IMG/VR virus record: IMGVR_UViG_3300035562_000124
Span: 1 to 48,093 of that record
DNA length: 48,093 nucleotides
From: a virus
Lineage: Duplodnaviria > Caudoviricetes
Direction: 5' to 3' (one strand)
In this document: positions 34,450 through 44,137 of the stretch, one piece after another
How positions within the stretch are numbered: the stretch's first letter is position 1
How the letters are laid out: each line of letters starts with the position of its first letter
Program-made: the position numbers and the translations under genes
The notes under the pieces: generated by a model
The model's database searches: none
What the model saw: the letters and a program-made list of their open reading frames with translations, nothing else
Told to the model about the DNA's origin: nothing

Positions 34450-35709
34450 ATGGCCTATCCAGTTGATGAAATTATCCCGATCAATGTCATTTTGACCGCA
34501 TCGGGACTGGGATACGCGAACTTTTCCAGCGCGTATATTTTTGCTGACAGCGACGATGTGATCCCCCCAGAAGCTAAACGCGCTTTACTGACAGAAAATG
34601 GCCCTGCGTTGACAACCGAGGACGGCCATCCGTTGTTACTGGAAGAAGCACCAGTGACGCGGAGCGTCAATGCGGATGAGTTCGAACCGGATACATACCG
34701 CGATTACGCGCAGTTGTCTGAAGTCGGTGAAGACTTCCCCACCAATAACGATGTTTACCTGATCGCCAAGCGCTATTTTGCACAAATCCCTCGCCCAGCC
34801 CAAATAACCGTGTGGATGAAAAATCCAGCTGATGCCTCGCTGGAGGCGACAGCCAACAAAGCACACGACGCTGCATGGCGTTATCACTTCTTTTTCAAAA
34901 ATGCCGATTTTACCCCCGTCAACACCCTTGCACTGAGTGACTGGAGTGATGCCACCGGCCACCCGGTTTGGTTCACCAGCAGTGATGAAAAGGCATTGGA
35001 TCCGCAGGAAAGTGATCTGCTGGCCCAATTGGCGGCGAAAGGGAACCGACACATGTTTGCCGGGTATAAGGCTAAGGCATCAATTACAGCCGATGCGTCC
35101 CAGGCTTACGCGATGGTTCAGTTGGCGGCTGCGTTTAATAAATTCAAACCGACCGGTACCAACACGGCGATTACCGGTGAATATCAGGTGCTGCCAGGCA
35201 TTACCGGCGATGAGTTGAAAACAACCGGCTACAACGCGTTGAAGGCGAAGAAATCGGTGTTCTTTACCGAAATAGAATTGGCCGGCCAGGTGGACACCAG
35301 CCGTGTCATCAACAGCCGTTCAATGTCCGCTTACGATGAGTTTATCGATGACGTGATCAACCTCGACGTGCTGAAAAACTACCTGCAGGTGGATGGCTAC
35401 AACTACATCGCCAACGTGGGCACCAAACGTGCACTGACCAAACGGGAATACGGCGGCTTGTTGGGGGTTTTGTCCGACACCTGCAAACGTTTCTATAACA
35501 ATGGTGTGCTTGGGATGGGAACCTATACGGACAGGGAGGACGGGCAAGATAAAACGGCAACGTTTGGCTTTGTCATCCGTTCCCGGCCTGAGGATGTGTT
35601 GAAGCTGACATCCGCACAGCGCAAAAAACGCGTATTCCCGCCCACCGATATTCTGGTGATCTTGGCGCGAGCGGGTCACGTCGCTGAAATCAACGTTACT
35701 GTGGAGTAA
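34450..35709 (+). CDS. Tail sheath protein (DUF3383 type)
   Basis: FIDDVINLDVLKN, SAQRKKRVFP...ARAGH. Confidence 0.85.
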   Translation: MAYPVDEIIPINVILTASGLGYANFSSAYIFADSDDVIPPEAKRALLTENGPALTTEDGHPLLLEEAPVTRSVNADEFEPDTYRDYAQLSEVGEDFPTNNDVYLIAKRYFAQIPRPAQITVWMKNPADASLEATANKAHDAAWRYHFFFKNADFTPVNTLALSDWSDATGHPVWFTSSDEKALDPQESDLLAQLAAKGNRHMFAGYKAKASITADASQAYAMVQLAAAFNKFKPTGTNTAITGEYQVLPGITGDELKTTGYNALKAKKSVFFTEIELAGQVDTSRVINSRSMSAYDEFIDDVINLDVLKNYLQVDGYNYIANVGTKRALTKREYGGLLGVLSDTCKRFYNNGVLGMGTYTDREDGQDKTATFGFVIRSRPEDVLKLTSAQRKKRVFPPTDILVILARAGHVAEINVTVE

Positions 35710-35714
35710 TTTTT

Positions 35715-36119
35715 ATGACGATGCACAGGTACGGTGCCGATGGTGCCAACTTAACTATTTTCGGTATTCCGATCGACGATTTTGGCGATACTGACCCGCC
35801 GATCACGATTGAAGATCTCGAGCCTCGCGCAGCACTGAAACGCGGTATTGGCGCTACGTCTGTGCGACTGGACAACAAGACCCGCGCCAAACGGCTGACA
35901 GTTAACCTGATGCCGGGTTCTGTGCAAGTTCGCCAGCTCATTGCTGCTGAGAAGTCTGGCATCGATGCGACGTTCACGTTCTCTCAAAGTGGAACTGATG
36001 AACATTGGGCCGGGTTTGATGGCGTAGTGATCAACCGTGGCCCGGCTACCCGAGCGGGTAAAGCCAGCGTGTCTGACGAGCAGTTTACATTTGAATTTGC
36101 TGACAGCGAGGAAACCTGA
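35715..36119 (+). CDS. Tail tube protein
   Basis: 134-aa ORF after the sheath; LTVNLMPGS. Confidence 0.8.
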   Translation: MTMHRYGADGANLTIFGIPIDDFGDTDPPITIEDLEPRAALKRGIGATSVRLDNKTRAKRLTVNLMPGSVQVRQLIAAEKSGIDATFTFSQSGTDEHWAGFDGVVINRGPATRAGKASVSDEQFTFEFADSEET

Positions 36120-36397
36120 TGACAGCAGTGAAAACAGGGGTAAGCCTTAGTCTGGATCTTACCCCTTTGAAAGAAAAAATCAGTCAGATAGTGAGCGAGC
36201 TTGAATCAGCGTTTCCCGAGGGCATTCCTGATGATATCCGCAGCCGTCTTCTTGGCTTGAGCGATAACATCCTCTTTGGTGAACTCACGTTCACAGTCAC
36301 TACAGACCGCACCTTGCAGATCGTCCAAAGAATTGATCTTGGTTGTGGCTCTGATGACTTTACCGCCGCATTTGGGACAAATAATCGGAACTTGTGA
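36119..36397 (+). CDS. Possible hypothetical protein overlapping an antisense gene
   Basis: TGATG coupling to the tube gene and GAGG RBS, but largely overlapped by a better-supported - strand ORF. Confidence 0.4.
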   Translation: MTAVKTGVSLSLDLTPLKEKISQIVSELESAFPEGIPDDIRSRLLGLSDNILFGELTFTVTTDRTLQIVQRIDLGCGSDDFTAAFGTNNRNL

Positions 36398-36400
36398 CAT
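36206..36400 (-). CDS. Small putative zinc-binding protein (ECs_2282-like), antisense moron
   Basis: CPKCG...CSDC; strong RBS AAGGAGATAT-ATG. Confidence 0.75.
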   Translation of the reverse strand: MSQVPIICPKCGGKVIRATTKINSLDDLQGAVCSDCEREFTKEDVIAQAKKTAADIIRNALGKR

Positions 36401-36489
36401 ATATCTCCTTTGTTTTCAGTTGATCATCCCGGCCCTCACTGCCGGGTATTCAACAATGGAGCATAACCACATTAAATAAAAGGCTAAAT

Positions 36490-36882
36490 ATGGCTCGAAA
36501 TATCGACGTTGAAATTAACGATGTCACCTACAGCGGTGTTACAGCACCCGCGAAAGATCAGGTGGAAATGCTACAGATTGCTTCGCGTTGCGGCTTGCTG
36601 CCCGCTATATCCGATACCGTGACCAATATGGGGTTGGTAGCCAGCCTGGCGGCAGTGGATACGGGCAACCTTAATCGTTTGAAGGTGCTTTGCCTGACCA
36701 ACGGTAAGATTGTCCGCCAGGTTGACGATGTGCCGGTTGCTGAAAATTTGTTTCAGGATGAAGCCCATAACTTTCTGGTTCTGATAGGGAGGGTGTTAAA
36801 GGAAAATATCGGCCCTTTCTGGCAACTCAGCAACAACGAGGAGGTCGACGACAACAACGTAGCGGCGGAGACTCAAGAGTAA
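36490..36882 (+). CDS. Tail assembly chaperone (G-like)
   Basis: Between tube and tape measure; ends with ENIGPFW followed by an overlapping -1 frame ORF. Confidence 0.8.
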   Translation: MARNIDVEINDVTYSGVTAPAKDQVEMLQIASRCGLLPAISDTVTNMGLVASLAAVDTGNLNRLKVLCLTNGKIVRQVDDVPVAENLFQDEAHNFLVLIGRVLKENIGPFWQLSNNEEVDDNNVAAETQE

Positions 36883-37049
36883 ACTGGTTCCTGTGGCGTC
36901 CTTGTGCTGGTGTCGGGCAGTTATGCCCGCCGCTGGCTGCATGGTCTGATATGCTCGATGGAACGTACAGCCTCGAAGATGTACAGGCCATGCATGATGT
37001 GCTGGACGAAGTGATCGATGCTGCTGAGCGGGCACGGAACGCCAAATAG
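36813..37049 (+). CDS. -1 frameshift extension of the tail chaperone (T-like)
   Basis: Slippery heptamer C-CCT-TTC at 36813-36819; -1 frame open to TAG at 37049 (...VNWFLWRPC...DGTYSLEDVQAMHDVLD...). Confidence 0.75.
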   Translation, partial: PFLATQQQRGGRRQQRSGGDSRVNWFLWRPCAGVGQLCPPLAAWSDMLDGTYSLEDVQAMHDVLDEVIDAAERARNAK

Positions 37050-37067
37050 TGAGTGTGTTGGCTATGA

Positions 37068-37547
37068 GTGACGTTGAAGGCGAGGGGTGGTAGGATTTAT
37101 GCCAAGTTTCAACTATATGGACATTATAAATTGAATAACACACTTAAAATATTGGCTGTTCTAATTTTTCTCTATGGCGGGTACAAAATCATGGAAGCCA
37201 GGAGTGATAACGAAAACCTGATATCCAATGATAATACGTCTGGCTGTACGGTTAAAGATATTGAGATTGGCAAAGTTAATTTTAGATTTTCAGCGAATTA
37301 TGATGGTGGGCAAAAACAGCTAATTGGAAATTCATACTTAATCAACAACTGCAAGTTTCCAATTGGAGTTGAAATAAAACAACTGGGACTTGATAAAAAT
37401 GGGAATGTGATTTCTGTACAAACTTTTTGGCCTGCTAGTATAGAAAATATTCAACCAGGTAGATTTGATTTTTCTCTATACCATATCCCTGTTGATGAAA
37501 AAGTAGATAATTTTTCACTACTACCAGAAACCGTTAAAGTTTGGTGA
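37068..37547 (+). CDS. Moron, membrane-anchored/exported hypothetical protein (start possibly 37131)
   Basis: AT-rich; hydrophobic ILAVLIFLYGG; two Cys; own terminator. Confidence 0.7.
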   Translation: MTLKARGGRIYAKFQLYGHYKLNNTLKILAVLIFLYGGYKIMEARSDNENLISNDNTSGCTVKDIEIGKVNFRFSANYDGGQKQLIGNSYLINNCKFPIGVEIKQLGLDKNGNVISVQTFWPASIENIQPGRFDFSLYHIPVDEKVDNFSLLPETVKVW

Positions 37548-37551
37548 TTCA

Positions 37552-37575
37552 TAAAACCGCTTCGGCGGTTTTTTT
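37552..37575 (+). terminator. Intrinsic terminator
   Basis: AAAACCGC-TTCG-GCGGTTTT followed by T-tract. Confidence 0.85.
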
Positions 37576-37598
37576 ACGTCAAAAATCTGAGGTTACAA

Positions 37599-39239
37599 AT
37601 GGCAGAGACAATTGATTCCCTGTTGGTTTCACTCGGCCTTGAAACTGATGCAAAGAGTTTTCAGAAAGCTAACGATGCTATCAAGGGGGTAAAAGATGGT
37701 GTCCTCCAATTAGCAGCGGCCGCTGGTGTTGGGCTTGGTTTTAAGGCACTAACATCTGACCTTGCTAAATCGACTGTGGAAATGAGCCGTTTAAGTAAGA
37801 TTACTGATTTTACAATTAAACAAATCGGAGGGTTGCGTTTTGCCATGCTGGCATTGAGGCAAGATCCTAATGCAGCAAATGCTATCGTTCAGAAGATTCC
37901 GGACTTGCAGCAAAGGGCTAAGCAAGGTGAGTTAGGAACGAAAGCTTATTGGAATGGTTCATTTAACCCAACGGAGTTCGCCGAAAAATCAGGGATGGAT
38001 GCACTAAAATACCTTGTAGATGCTTATGGGAAGATGAATAACGATCAACGGCGAACTTTACGAAATGGTATTGGCGCTGGTGATAATGATCCACTCACAA
38101 GACTTATGGAACTTGGGTCGAAAGGTTTGGGCGATATACTTAAAGATTTCGAACAAGTTTATAAACCCCTTGACCCAAAACTTATTGAATCATCAATTAA
38201 ATTCAATAAAGAAATGGCTGCATTAACGACTAATTTTGACAACTTATCCCAGTCATTGGGTGGGAAATTGCTCCCGGTGGTAAATGGGGTGCTCGAAAGT
38301 ATTAATAAATTTATTCTACAGAATCCAGGGGTGTCCGAAGCTCTCTTGACTGCCGCAGGGGTAGGAGGAACTGGTGCTGCATTGGGTATGGCAAAAAAAA
38401 TTCTGCCGGGTTCAAAAACGCCCAAACCATCGGGTGGAGGAGGATATTTATCGAAGGCATGGAGTCTACTTGGTGGTTATGCAATAGCCGCCTCTGGCGT
38501 TGAGAGTTATGAACGAATCCAAGCCATGTTAGAAGGGCGTGAGTATGGTGGTATTCAGAGTGGTAAAGGAGAGTTTTCAGAGCTTGAACGATTAAAAGCA
38601 CTTAACACCATTGAAAATTCAAAAAGAGGCTCTACCCCCAGAGGCATACGCAACAATAATCCCGGAAATTTAAATTATGCTGGGCAAGCAGGAGCATCTT
38701 TGGAGGATGGTTCTAACGCTCGCTTTGCAAAGTTTGAATCCATGGAACAAGGGATTAGCGCCCTGCATCGTCAAATAGGACTTTATTTGGGACGCGGGAA
38801 AAACACTCTATCTGACATCGTTAATACTTACGCCCCAGCGTCTGACAATAATAATGTACAAGCATATGTATCAGCATTATCAAAGGCGACCGGGCTGGGA
38901 GCTTATGACAAAATCAGCGCAGACGATAATGAAACCCTCGTTAAGTTAGTGAAAGGGATTATCGATCATGAAAATGGTGCTGGCTATGTATCAATTGCTG
39001 ATGTTGCTGGCGGTGTAAATAGCGGGCCTGATTTATCAAGTTACCAATACTTGGCATCAACACCTCCAAACCAGCCTGGGCGTAGCGGCGCAGGTAGCGG
39101 AATGGCGATGACACAGAATAATAATGTCACCATTAACGCACCAGGGGCTGACGCTGGCGAGATCGATAATCGTCTGGCTAATGCATTTACCGATTATTCA
39201 CGCCAGGCACGTGACATGATGGACACGGAGCATTTCTGA
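37599..39239 (+). CDS. Tape measure protein with C-terminal putative peptidoglycan-hydrolase-like domain
   Basis: MAETIDSLLVSLG start, helical Ala/Gly-rich body, RGIRNNNPGNL...YAPASDNNN...HENG. Confidence 0.85.
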   Translation: MAETIDSLLVSLGLETDAKSFQKANDAIKGVKDGVLQLAAAAGVGLGFKALTSDLAKSTVEMSRLSKITDFTIKQIGGLRFAMLALRQDPNAANAIVQKIPDLQQRAKQGELGTKAYWNGSFNPTEFAEKSGMDALKYLVDAYGKMNNDQRRTLRNGIGAGDNDPLTRLMELGSKGLGDILKDFEQVYKPLDPKLIESSIKFNKEMAALTTNFDNLSQSLGGKLLPVVNGVLESINKFILQNPGVSEALLTAAGVGGTGAALGMAKKILPGSKTPKPSGGGGYLSKAWSLLGGYAIAASGVESYERIQAMLEGREYGGIQSGKGEFSELERLKALNTIENSKRGSTPRGIRNNNPGNLNYAGQAGASLEDGSNARFAKFESMEQGISALHRQIGLYLGRGKNTLSDIVNTYAPASDNNNVQAYVSALSKATGLGAYDKISADDNETLVKLVKGIIDHENGAGYVSIADVAGGVNSGPDLSSYQYLASTPPNQPGRSGAGSGMAMTQNNNVTINAPGADAGEIDNRLANAFTDYSRQARDMMDTEHF

Positions 39240-39901
39240 TGGCTATTACCGGACTTTTTACACGTAACCGCCCCAAAATTGGGAATCTCTATTTTGACGC
39301 TACTCTGCGCGAAACTACTGAGTTGCGTACTGATGTTAGTGAGTTCCCGCTGGAAACGGCAGAAACGGCTCACGACAATGCCGTGACTCGACCGCTGGCA
39401 CTGACAATGACCGTTGGCGTGTCTGATAACTGGTTTCGCGAACTGATGGCGCAGCAGCAGGATAGTTTGGCTGGTTTGCTGGGTGTTGGCGCGAACATCA
39501 CAACAGGCATGGCCGCATCAATGCTGGGGGGCCGTGGATCTGCGTTGGCAGGGATAGGTGCCAGCATTGCCACCAGTTTTTATTCCGGTGGTCAATCTAC
39601 CACTTCACGCTCTCAAAACCTCCTCGAACAGCTTCGTGAACTACAGCGCTCACATACTCCCTTTGAGCTGGTGGCGAGTCGTGGAGCCACCTATAAAAAT
39701 TGTCTGATCACTAACACCCGCACTGAAAACAGTAAAGAAACCGAAGGGGGCATGGAAATTGTCGTGGACCTGCTACAGCTAACGATCATTCACGACACGG
39801 TGGCTGAGACGAACGCCAACTTGCCGTATGGCGATACATCCGCGTCGCAAGGTCAACGAGAGTTCTCATTTGGTGAGGTATTAGTGCAGGAGGTGCCGTG
39901 A
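39239..39901 (+). CDS. Baseplate/tube initiator protein
   Basis: VSEFPLE...DNAVTRP; follows the tape measure. Confidence 0.75.
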   Translation: MAITGLFTRNRPKIGNLYFDATLRETTELRTDVSEFPLETAETAHDNAVTRPLALTMTVGVSDNWFRELMAQQQDSLAGLLGVGANITTGMAASMLGGRGSALAGIGASIATSFYSGGQSTTSRSQNLLEQLRELQRSHTPFELVASRGATYKNCLITNTRTENSKETEGGMEIVVDLLQLTIIHDTVAETNANLPYGDTSASQGQREFSFGEVLVQEVP

Positions 39902-40188
39902 AAGCAATCCCTCTAAATAACGGTTATGCGTTCCAACGTTTTCGCGTGCAGTTGGGGAACCGCCTGCTGATTTTCCGTTTACGTTGGCTCACCCGGTACG
40001 GCTATTTCTGCGTGGATATTTACGAAGGTGATATGCCCGTGACTCTTGGCCGCGCCCTCCATCCAGGTGTGAATTTATTGGCAGGCTTAAACACCACTAT
40101 CGGCCGGCTGGTGTTGGAGGGTGAAAGTCCAACTATTTCCACCCTAGGCGTGAATAACCGCCTGATCTGGTATTCAAACAATGAGTAA
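39898..40188 (+). CDS. Small baseplate plug protein
   Basis: MKAIPL...QRFRVQL...LRW; position. Confidence 0.7.
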   Translation: MKAIPLNNGYAFQRFRVQLGNRLLIFRLRWLTRYGYFCVDIYEGDMPVTLGRALHPGVNLLAGLNTTIGRLVLEGESPTISTLGVNNRLIWYSNNE

Positions 40189-41080
40189 ATATTTTGACCG
40201 GGATTACGAGCTGAGTGTTACAGCCATTAATGGTGAAGTGCTCACCTACCGCCCACCGATGGAAGTCCGCTTTGCTATCGATAATTCTCCACAGAATGCC
40301 AACGCGACCGCCCGGATCACTATTTACGGGGTTTCAGCCAAGGCACGTGACCTGATCCAACGTTACGACGCTCAACAAAAACGTTATGGGAATGTGGTGT
40401 TGAAAGCGGGCTATAAGGGGAATGTGGGGACAATATTCAGCGGCAGAATAAACAATATCGAAGTGATGAAAGATGGCGTGAATACCTGTTTACGCCTGTA
40501 TTGCTGGACTGTAGGGCTTGAGTGGAATAAATCGATTTTCAAAACATGGGGGGCTGACACACCTGCTGTTGAGGTGTTGCGCGATACTGCTGCGGCATTT
40601 GGTGCTGGAGTGGAGGTTATTGGTGATTTCTCGGATCTACCGCGAAATCCTCGGCCATACCCATCCGGGGGGCGTTTGTGCAGAGATATTTTAAACGAAA
40701 TGATGTCTCCTTGGCGATACCGCTGGCGGCTTACGCCATCACGTACGGTGATTGTCAGGGAGGGGGCTGCACGCGATTGGGCGACACATGACATTACGTA
40801 TAAAAACGGTATGGAGGGTGTGCCCCGCTGGTATCTCAGCACAATGGAATTGGACGTTAAATTGAACCATCAGATACAGCCGGATGATGTGATCAATGTG
40901 ACATCCAGTTTCTGGACCATCAATTTTAGCGGCATGTATCAGTCAGATTTGCAGGGACTATCTGAAATCCAAAAACAACAGCGTACGGGGCGTTTCAACG
41001 TGTTAAGCACCTATCATGAAGGGGCATTCTGGGGGGACACCTGGAAAACCACGTTAATCAACCTGTGGCGCACCTCCTGA
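40181..41080 (+). CDS. Baseplate hub protein
   Basis: NATARITIYG, LKAGY...IFSG, NGMEGVP. Confidence 0.8.
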   Translation: MSKYFDRDYELSVTAINGEVLTYRPPMEVRFAIDNSPQNANATARITIYGVSAKARDLIQRYDAQQKRYGNVVLKAGYKGNVGTIFSGRINNIEVMKDGVNTCLRLYCWTVGLEWNKSIFKTWGADTPAVEVLRDTAAAFGAGVEVIGDFSDLPRNPRPYPSGGRLCRDILNEMMSPWRYRWRLTPSRTVIVREGAARDWATHDITYKNGMEGVPRWYLSTMELDVKLNHQIQPDDVINVTSSFWTINFSGMYQSDLQGLSEIQKQQRTGRFNVLSTYHEGAFWGDTWKTTLINLWRTS

Positions 41081-41087
41081 GGCATTC

Positions 41088-41690
41088 ATGATCGAATCAA
41101 ATCCGCTCTATAGCGCCCTTATGGCTATGAAACCGTTTCTCATGCGCGATCTGATGATTGGTATGCCGGGGCAGGTGCTTAGCTATGACCCAGATACGCA
41201 ACGCGCTGTAATTGAATGTGGGATCCAACGACACACCGGCGAAGGAAATTATCGAACTATCGACCCGATTGAAGGTGTACCGGTTCAGTTCGCTGGCACT
41301 GCTGAATGGATCGTATTCCACGAATTGCCGGAAGGCACTGAAGGTTTTATTCATTTCAGTCAACGTGCAGTCGATCATTGGCTAAATACTGGCGGCCCGG
41401 CGGTCCCCTTCAATGCCCGGATGTTCAATGCCAGTGACGCCTTTTTTGCTCCCGGCTATCGTTCGATGAAAACGGTAATCCCTGGCTTGCCCACCGATGG
41501 CATTGGCATGAGCAATGCCAGTGGGGCGGTGCGGCTTCATCTCAATGATAGTGGTATAGAGCTGAAGGTCGGAGGGGAAAGGCTGTCTCTATCCGCTGAA
41601 GGGCTGCGACACAATGGTAAGAATATCGGCGCGACACACAAGCATGGTGGTGTCGAGAACGGTGGCGGGAAGACCGACACGCCTGAATAA
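41088..41690 (+). CDS. Baseplate central spike (Gp138/gpV-like)
   Basis: PGQVLSYDP, C-terminal THKHGGV metal-binding motif. Confidence 0.9.
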   Translation: MIESNPLYSALMAMKPFLMRDLMIGMPGQVLSYDPDTQRAVIECGIQRHTGEGNYRTIDPIEGVPVQFAGTAEWIVFHELPEGTEGFIHFSQRAVDHWLNTGGPAVPFNARMFNASDAFFAPGYRSMKTVIPGLPTDGIGMSNASGAVRLHLNDSGIELKVGGERLSLSAEGLRHNGKNIGATHKHGGVENGGGKTDTPE

Positions 41691-41704
41691 CAAAGGAGTA
41701 CACC

Positions 41705-42055
41705 GTGATCCGCAATTTTGTAAATGGCGACATCGTGACGAGCGGTGCGCATTTCGCTAAAGGGAAAGAAGCCACGCGGCAGGCCGTTATCTGCCATCTA
41801 CGGCTATTTCTGGGGGAGTATTTTCTGGATGCAACTCGCGGCACTCCGTGGTTTCAAAGCATCCTCGGTAAGACATCCCGCGACATCGCCGAGGCTAATG
41901 TGAAACAGCGGATTATTTCAACGCCAGGGGTGATCGGTATGACCAAGTTCGAAATGACGAATGATGCGAAGAAACGAAAAATAACAGTGTTTGCCTCGCT
42001 GATTGACATCAACAACGAGCAATTTGATTTCCTGTTCAATGAGGAATTGCCCTGA
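41705..42055 (+). CDS. Baseplate wedge/sheath initiator protein
   Basis: LFLGEYFLDATRGTPW; AAGGAG RBS with GTG start. Confidence 0.85.
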   Translation: MIRNFVNGDIVTSGAHFAKGKEATRQAVICHLRLFLGEYFLDATRGTPWFQSILGKTSRDIAEANVKQRIISTPGVIGMTKFEMTNDAKKRKITVFASLIDINNEQFDFLFNEELP

Positions 42056-43260
42056 TGGCTGAAATTACAAAAGACGGCGCCACAGGAACGACGCTAAGCG
42101 AATATCTTGACGTTATGCGCCAGAAGTATCTGGATATTGATGATGCTTGGGATATTGACCCGGAATCCCCTGACGGGCTTGCGATCGCTGCTTGGTGTGA
42201 GACGCTGGCTAACCTCGATGAAGGGGTTATTGGTGCATATCATGCTGCGGATCCCAATGCGGCCATTGGGCGTGCATTGGAAAATATAGCGGCATTCGCC
42301 GGTGTACGTCGCCGTGCTGCATCGTTTTCAACTAACGTTGTAGAACTGGGTGGGGATGGTCTGATCGAGGCACCTGCGGGAACGCTTATTCGTCACCGCG
42401 TAACCGATACATTGTGGGCGACGGACAATGCGGTAGTGACCAACTCGGCTGGTGTGGCCACTGTTGGCGTGACATGCACCAAGCCTGGTGCGCAGGGGGC
42501 GAATATTGGCACGTTGACCCGTATTGCCACCCCCGTTCCTGGCATTCGCACAGTGACTAACCACGATGTGGCATCGTTGGGACTCGATGAAGAGAAAGAC
42601 AATGCTTTTCGTGTTCGTCGTAATGAGTCAGTTGCACTACCTGGGAACAATCAGGTCGACAATATGTATGCTGCTCTGGTTAACGTCGACGGGGTAAAGC
42701 AGGCGAAGATATTTGAAAATGTCGAATCAGAGCCGGATGAACATGGAATTTATGGCCACTCTATGGCGATGTTTATCGATGGGGGTATTCCTGAAAATAT
42801 TGCCAGCACCATCGCAGCGCATAAAAATCCCGGCTGCGGCCTGAATCGATATAACACCATACCCAACAAGGTGACGTTGAACACCTTTACCCCGAAAGGC
42901 CAGCCGTTCACGGCGACTTTTTTCCGGCCTGACTACGTTTCTATTTTTGTTCGAGTGGAGATATCCACCAGCACGCTGACCGATGACGATAAGCCGAAAA
43001 TTAAGGAGGCGATCGTGGACTACACCCTGCTAGGTTTCGATGAAACGGCAGGATTCGCCAAGTTGGGGTTTCGAATTGGTGAGCGTTTGGCTGCTGGCCG
43101 GCTGTATACCCCGGTAAACTATTTCGTGGCGGGACATGATTATGTGTCGAATATTCTGATTGGCACCGAGGCTGGCAGCGTGGATAAAGGCGTCATTGCT
43201 GTGGCATTCAATCAGCTCGGGGTATTTGACGTCGGAAACATCGAGGTGATTTATGTATGA
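42055..43260 (+). CDS. Baseplate J-like protein
   Basis: SPDG, LENIAAFAGVRR, GLDEEKDNAFRVRR. Confidence 0.9.
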   Translation: MAEITKDGATGTTLSEYLDVMRQKYLDIDDAWDIDPESPDGLAIAAWCETLANLDEGVIGAYHAADPNAAIGRALENIAAFAGVRRRAASFSTNVVELGGDGLIEAPAGTLIRHRVTDTLWATDNAVVTNSAGVATVGVTCTKPGAQGANIGTLTRIATPVPGIRTVTNHDVASLGLDEEKDNAFRVRRNESVALPGNNQVDNMYAALVNVDGVKQAKIFENVESEPDEHGIYGHSMAMFIDGGIPENIASTIAAHKNPGCGLNRYNTIPNKVTLNTFTPKGQPFTATFFRPDYVSIFVRVEISTSTLTDDDKPKIKEAIVDYTLLGFDETAGFAKLGFRIGERLAAGRLYTPVNYFVAGHDYVSNILIGTEAGSVDKGVIAVAFNQLGVFDVGNIEVIYV

Positions 43261-44116
43261 CCATAAAACCAAGGTGCTGTCTCGGGTTTATTGGCAATAC
43301 AAGAATGCCCCAAAGCTGTTGCAGTGGCTGTTGATCCTGCCTGATATTGCCCAGGCACGGATTGAAGACCAGCTCGAAAAAATCCGGAACATGCTCAATA
43401 TCGATACTGCTGAAGGTGAACAGCTCGATATCTGTGGCCGCATCGCGGGATTTCGCACACGGCCAGTGGGGCGTTTTTACCCGTCCTGTGATGTAGCTGA
43501 AGTTGATGATGTGCTGTTTCGCAAAATGATCAAGGCGAAGATTTGTAAGAACAACGGCATTGCCACACTGGATGATGTGAAAGCCGCGGCGGATTATATT
43601 CTGGAAGTTGATACCTCCGTGCTGGACGGTCAGGACATGACAATGCGAATGGTATGGCAATCTGATGCCGTCAGCGTTGCTGTGCAGCAACTGGTGGCGG
43701 ATTACGATCTTATTCCAAGGCCACAGGGTGTTGGGATGCGTAAACACCGTGTCGTCAAATACAAGCCGTTTGGCTTCGGTATCTACAACGCCAACTTTAA
43801 CCGAGCACCATTCTGGTATGGCGACGGGATCCCACCTATTCACTATTACGGGCAGATAACGCTGCGTTGGGATGGTAAAACGCTCAGCGGCCAGGTGGTG
43901 GTGAATGACCTTCATGTCGATGATCTGGACGTTACGCTAGTGCTGACCGATGCAGAAGGCGGTATAACCAATCGCTACGCGGTAACAGACGACATGGGCA
44001 CATTCTCTGTTGAAAACATTAATGGGCCGGTCACCGTATTAGCTAAGACGGTACTCATTACCGTGCTGTGTGAAACCCTTGAGCTTGAATCAGCCCCTTT
44101 CAATATTCCTGCCTAA
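43253..44116 (+). CDS. DUF2612-type baseplate protein with C-terminal extension
   Basis: QYKNAPKL, IDTAEGEQLDICGRIAG, IPRPQGV. Confidence 0.85.
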   Translation: MYDHKTKVLSRVYWQYKNAPKLLQWLLILPDIAQARIEDQLEKIRNMLNIDTAEGEQLDICGRIAGFRTRPVGRFYPSCDVAEVDDVLFRKMIKAKICKNNGIATLDDVKAAADYILEVDTSVLDGQDMTMRMVWQSDAVSVAVQQLVADYDLIPRPQGVGMRKHRVVKYKPFGFGIYNANFNRAPFWYGDGIPPIHYYGQITLRWDGKTLSGQVVVNDLHVDDLDVTLVLTDAEGGITNRYAVTDDMGTFSVENINGPVTVLAKTVLITVLCETLELESAPFNIPA

Positions 44117-44137
44117 ATAACCGTCTCGGAGTTAATC

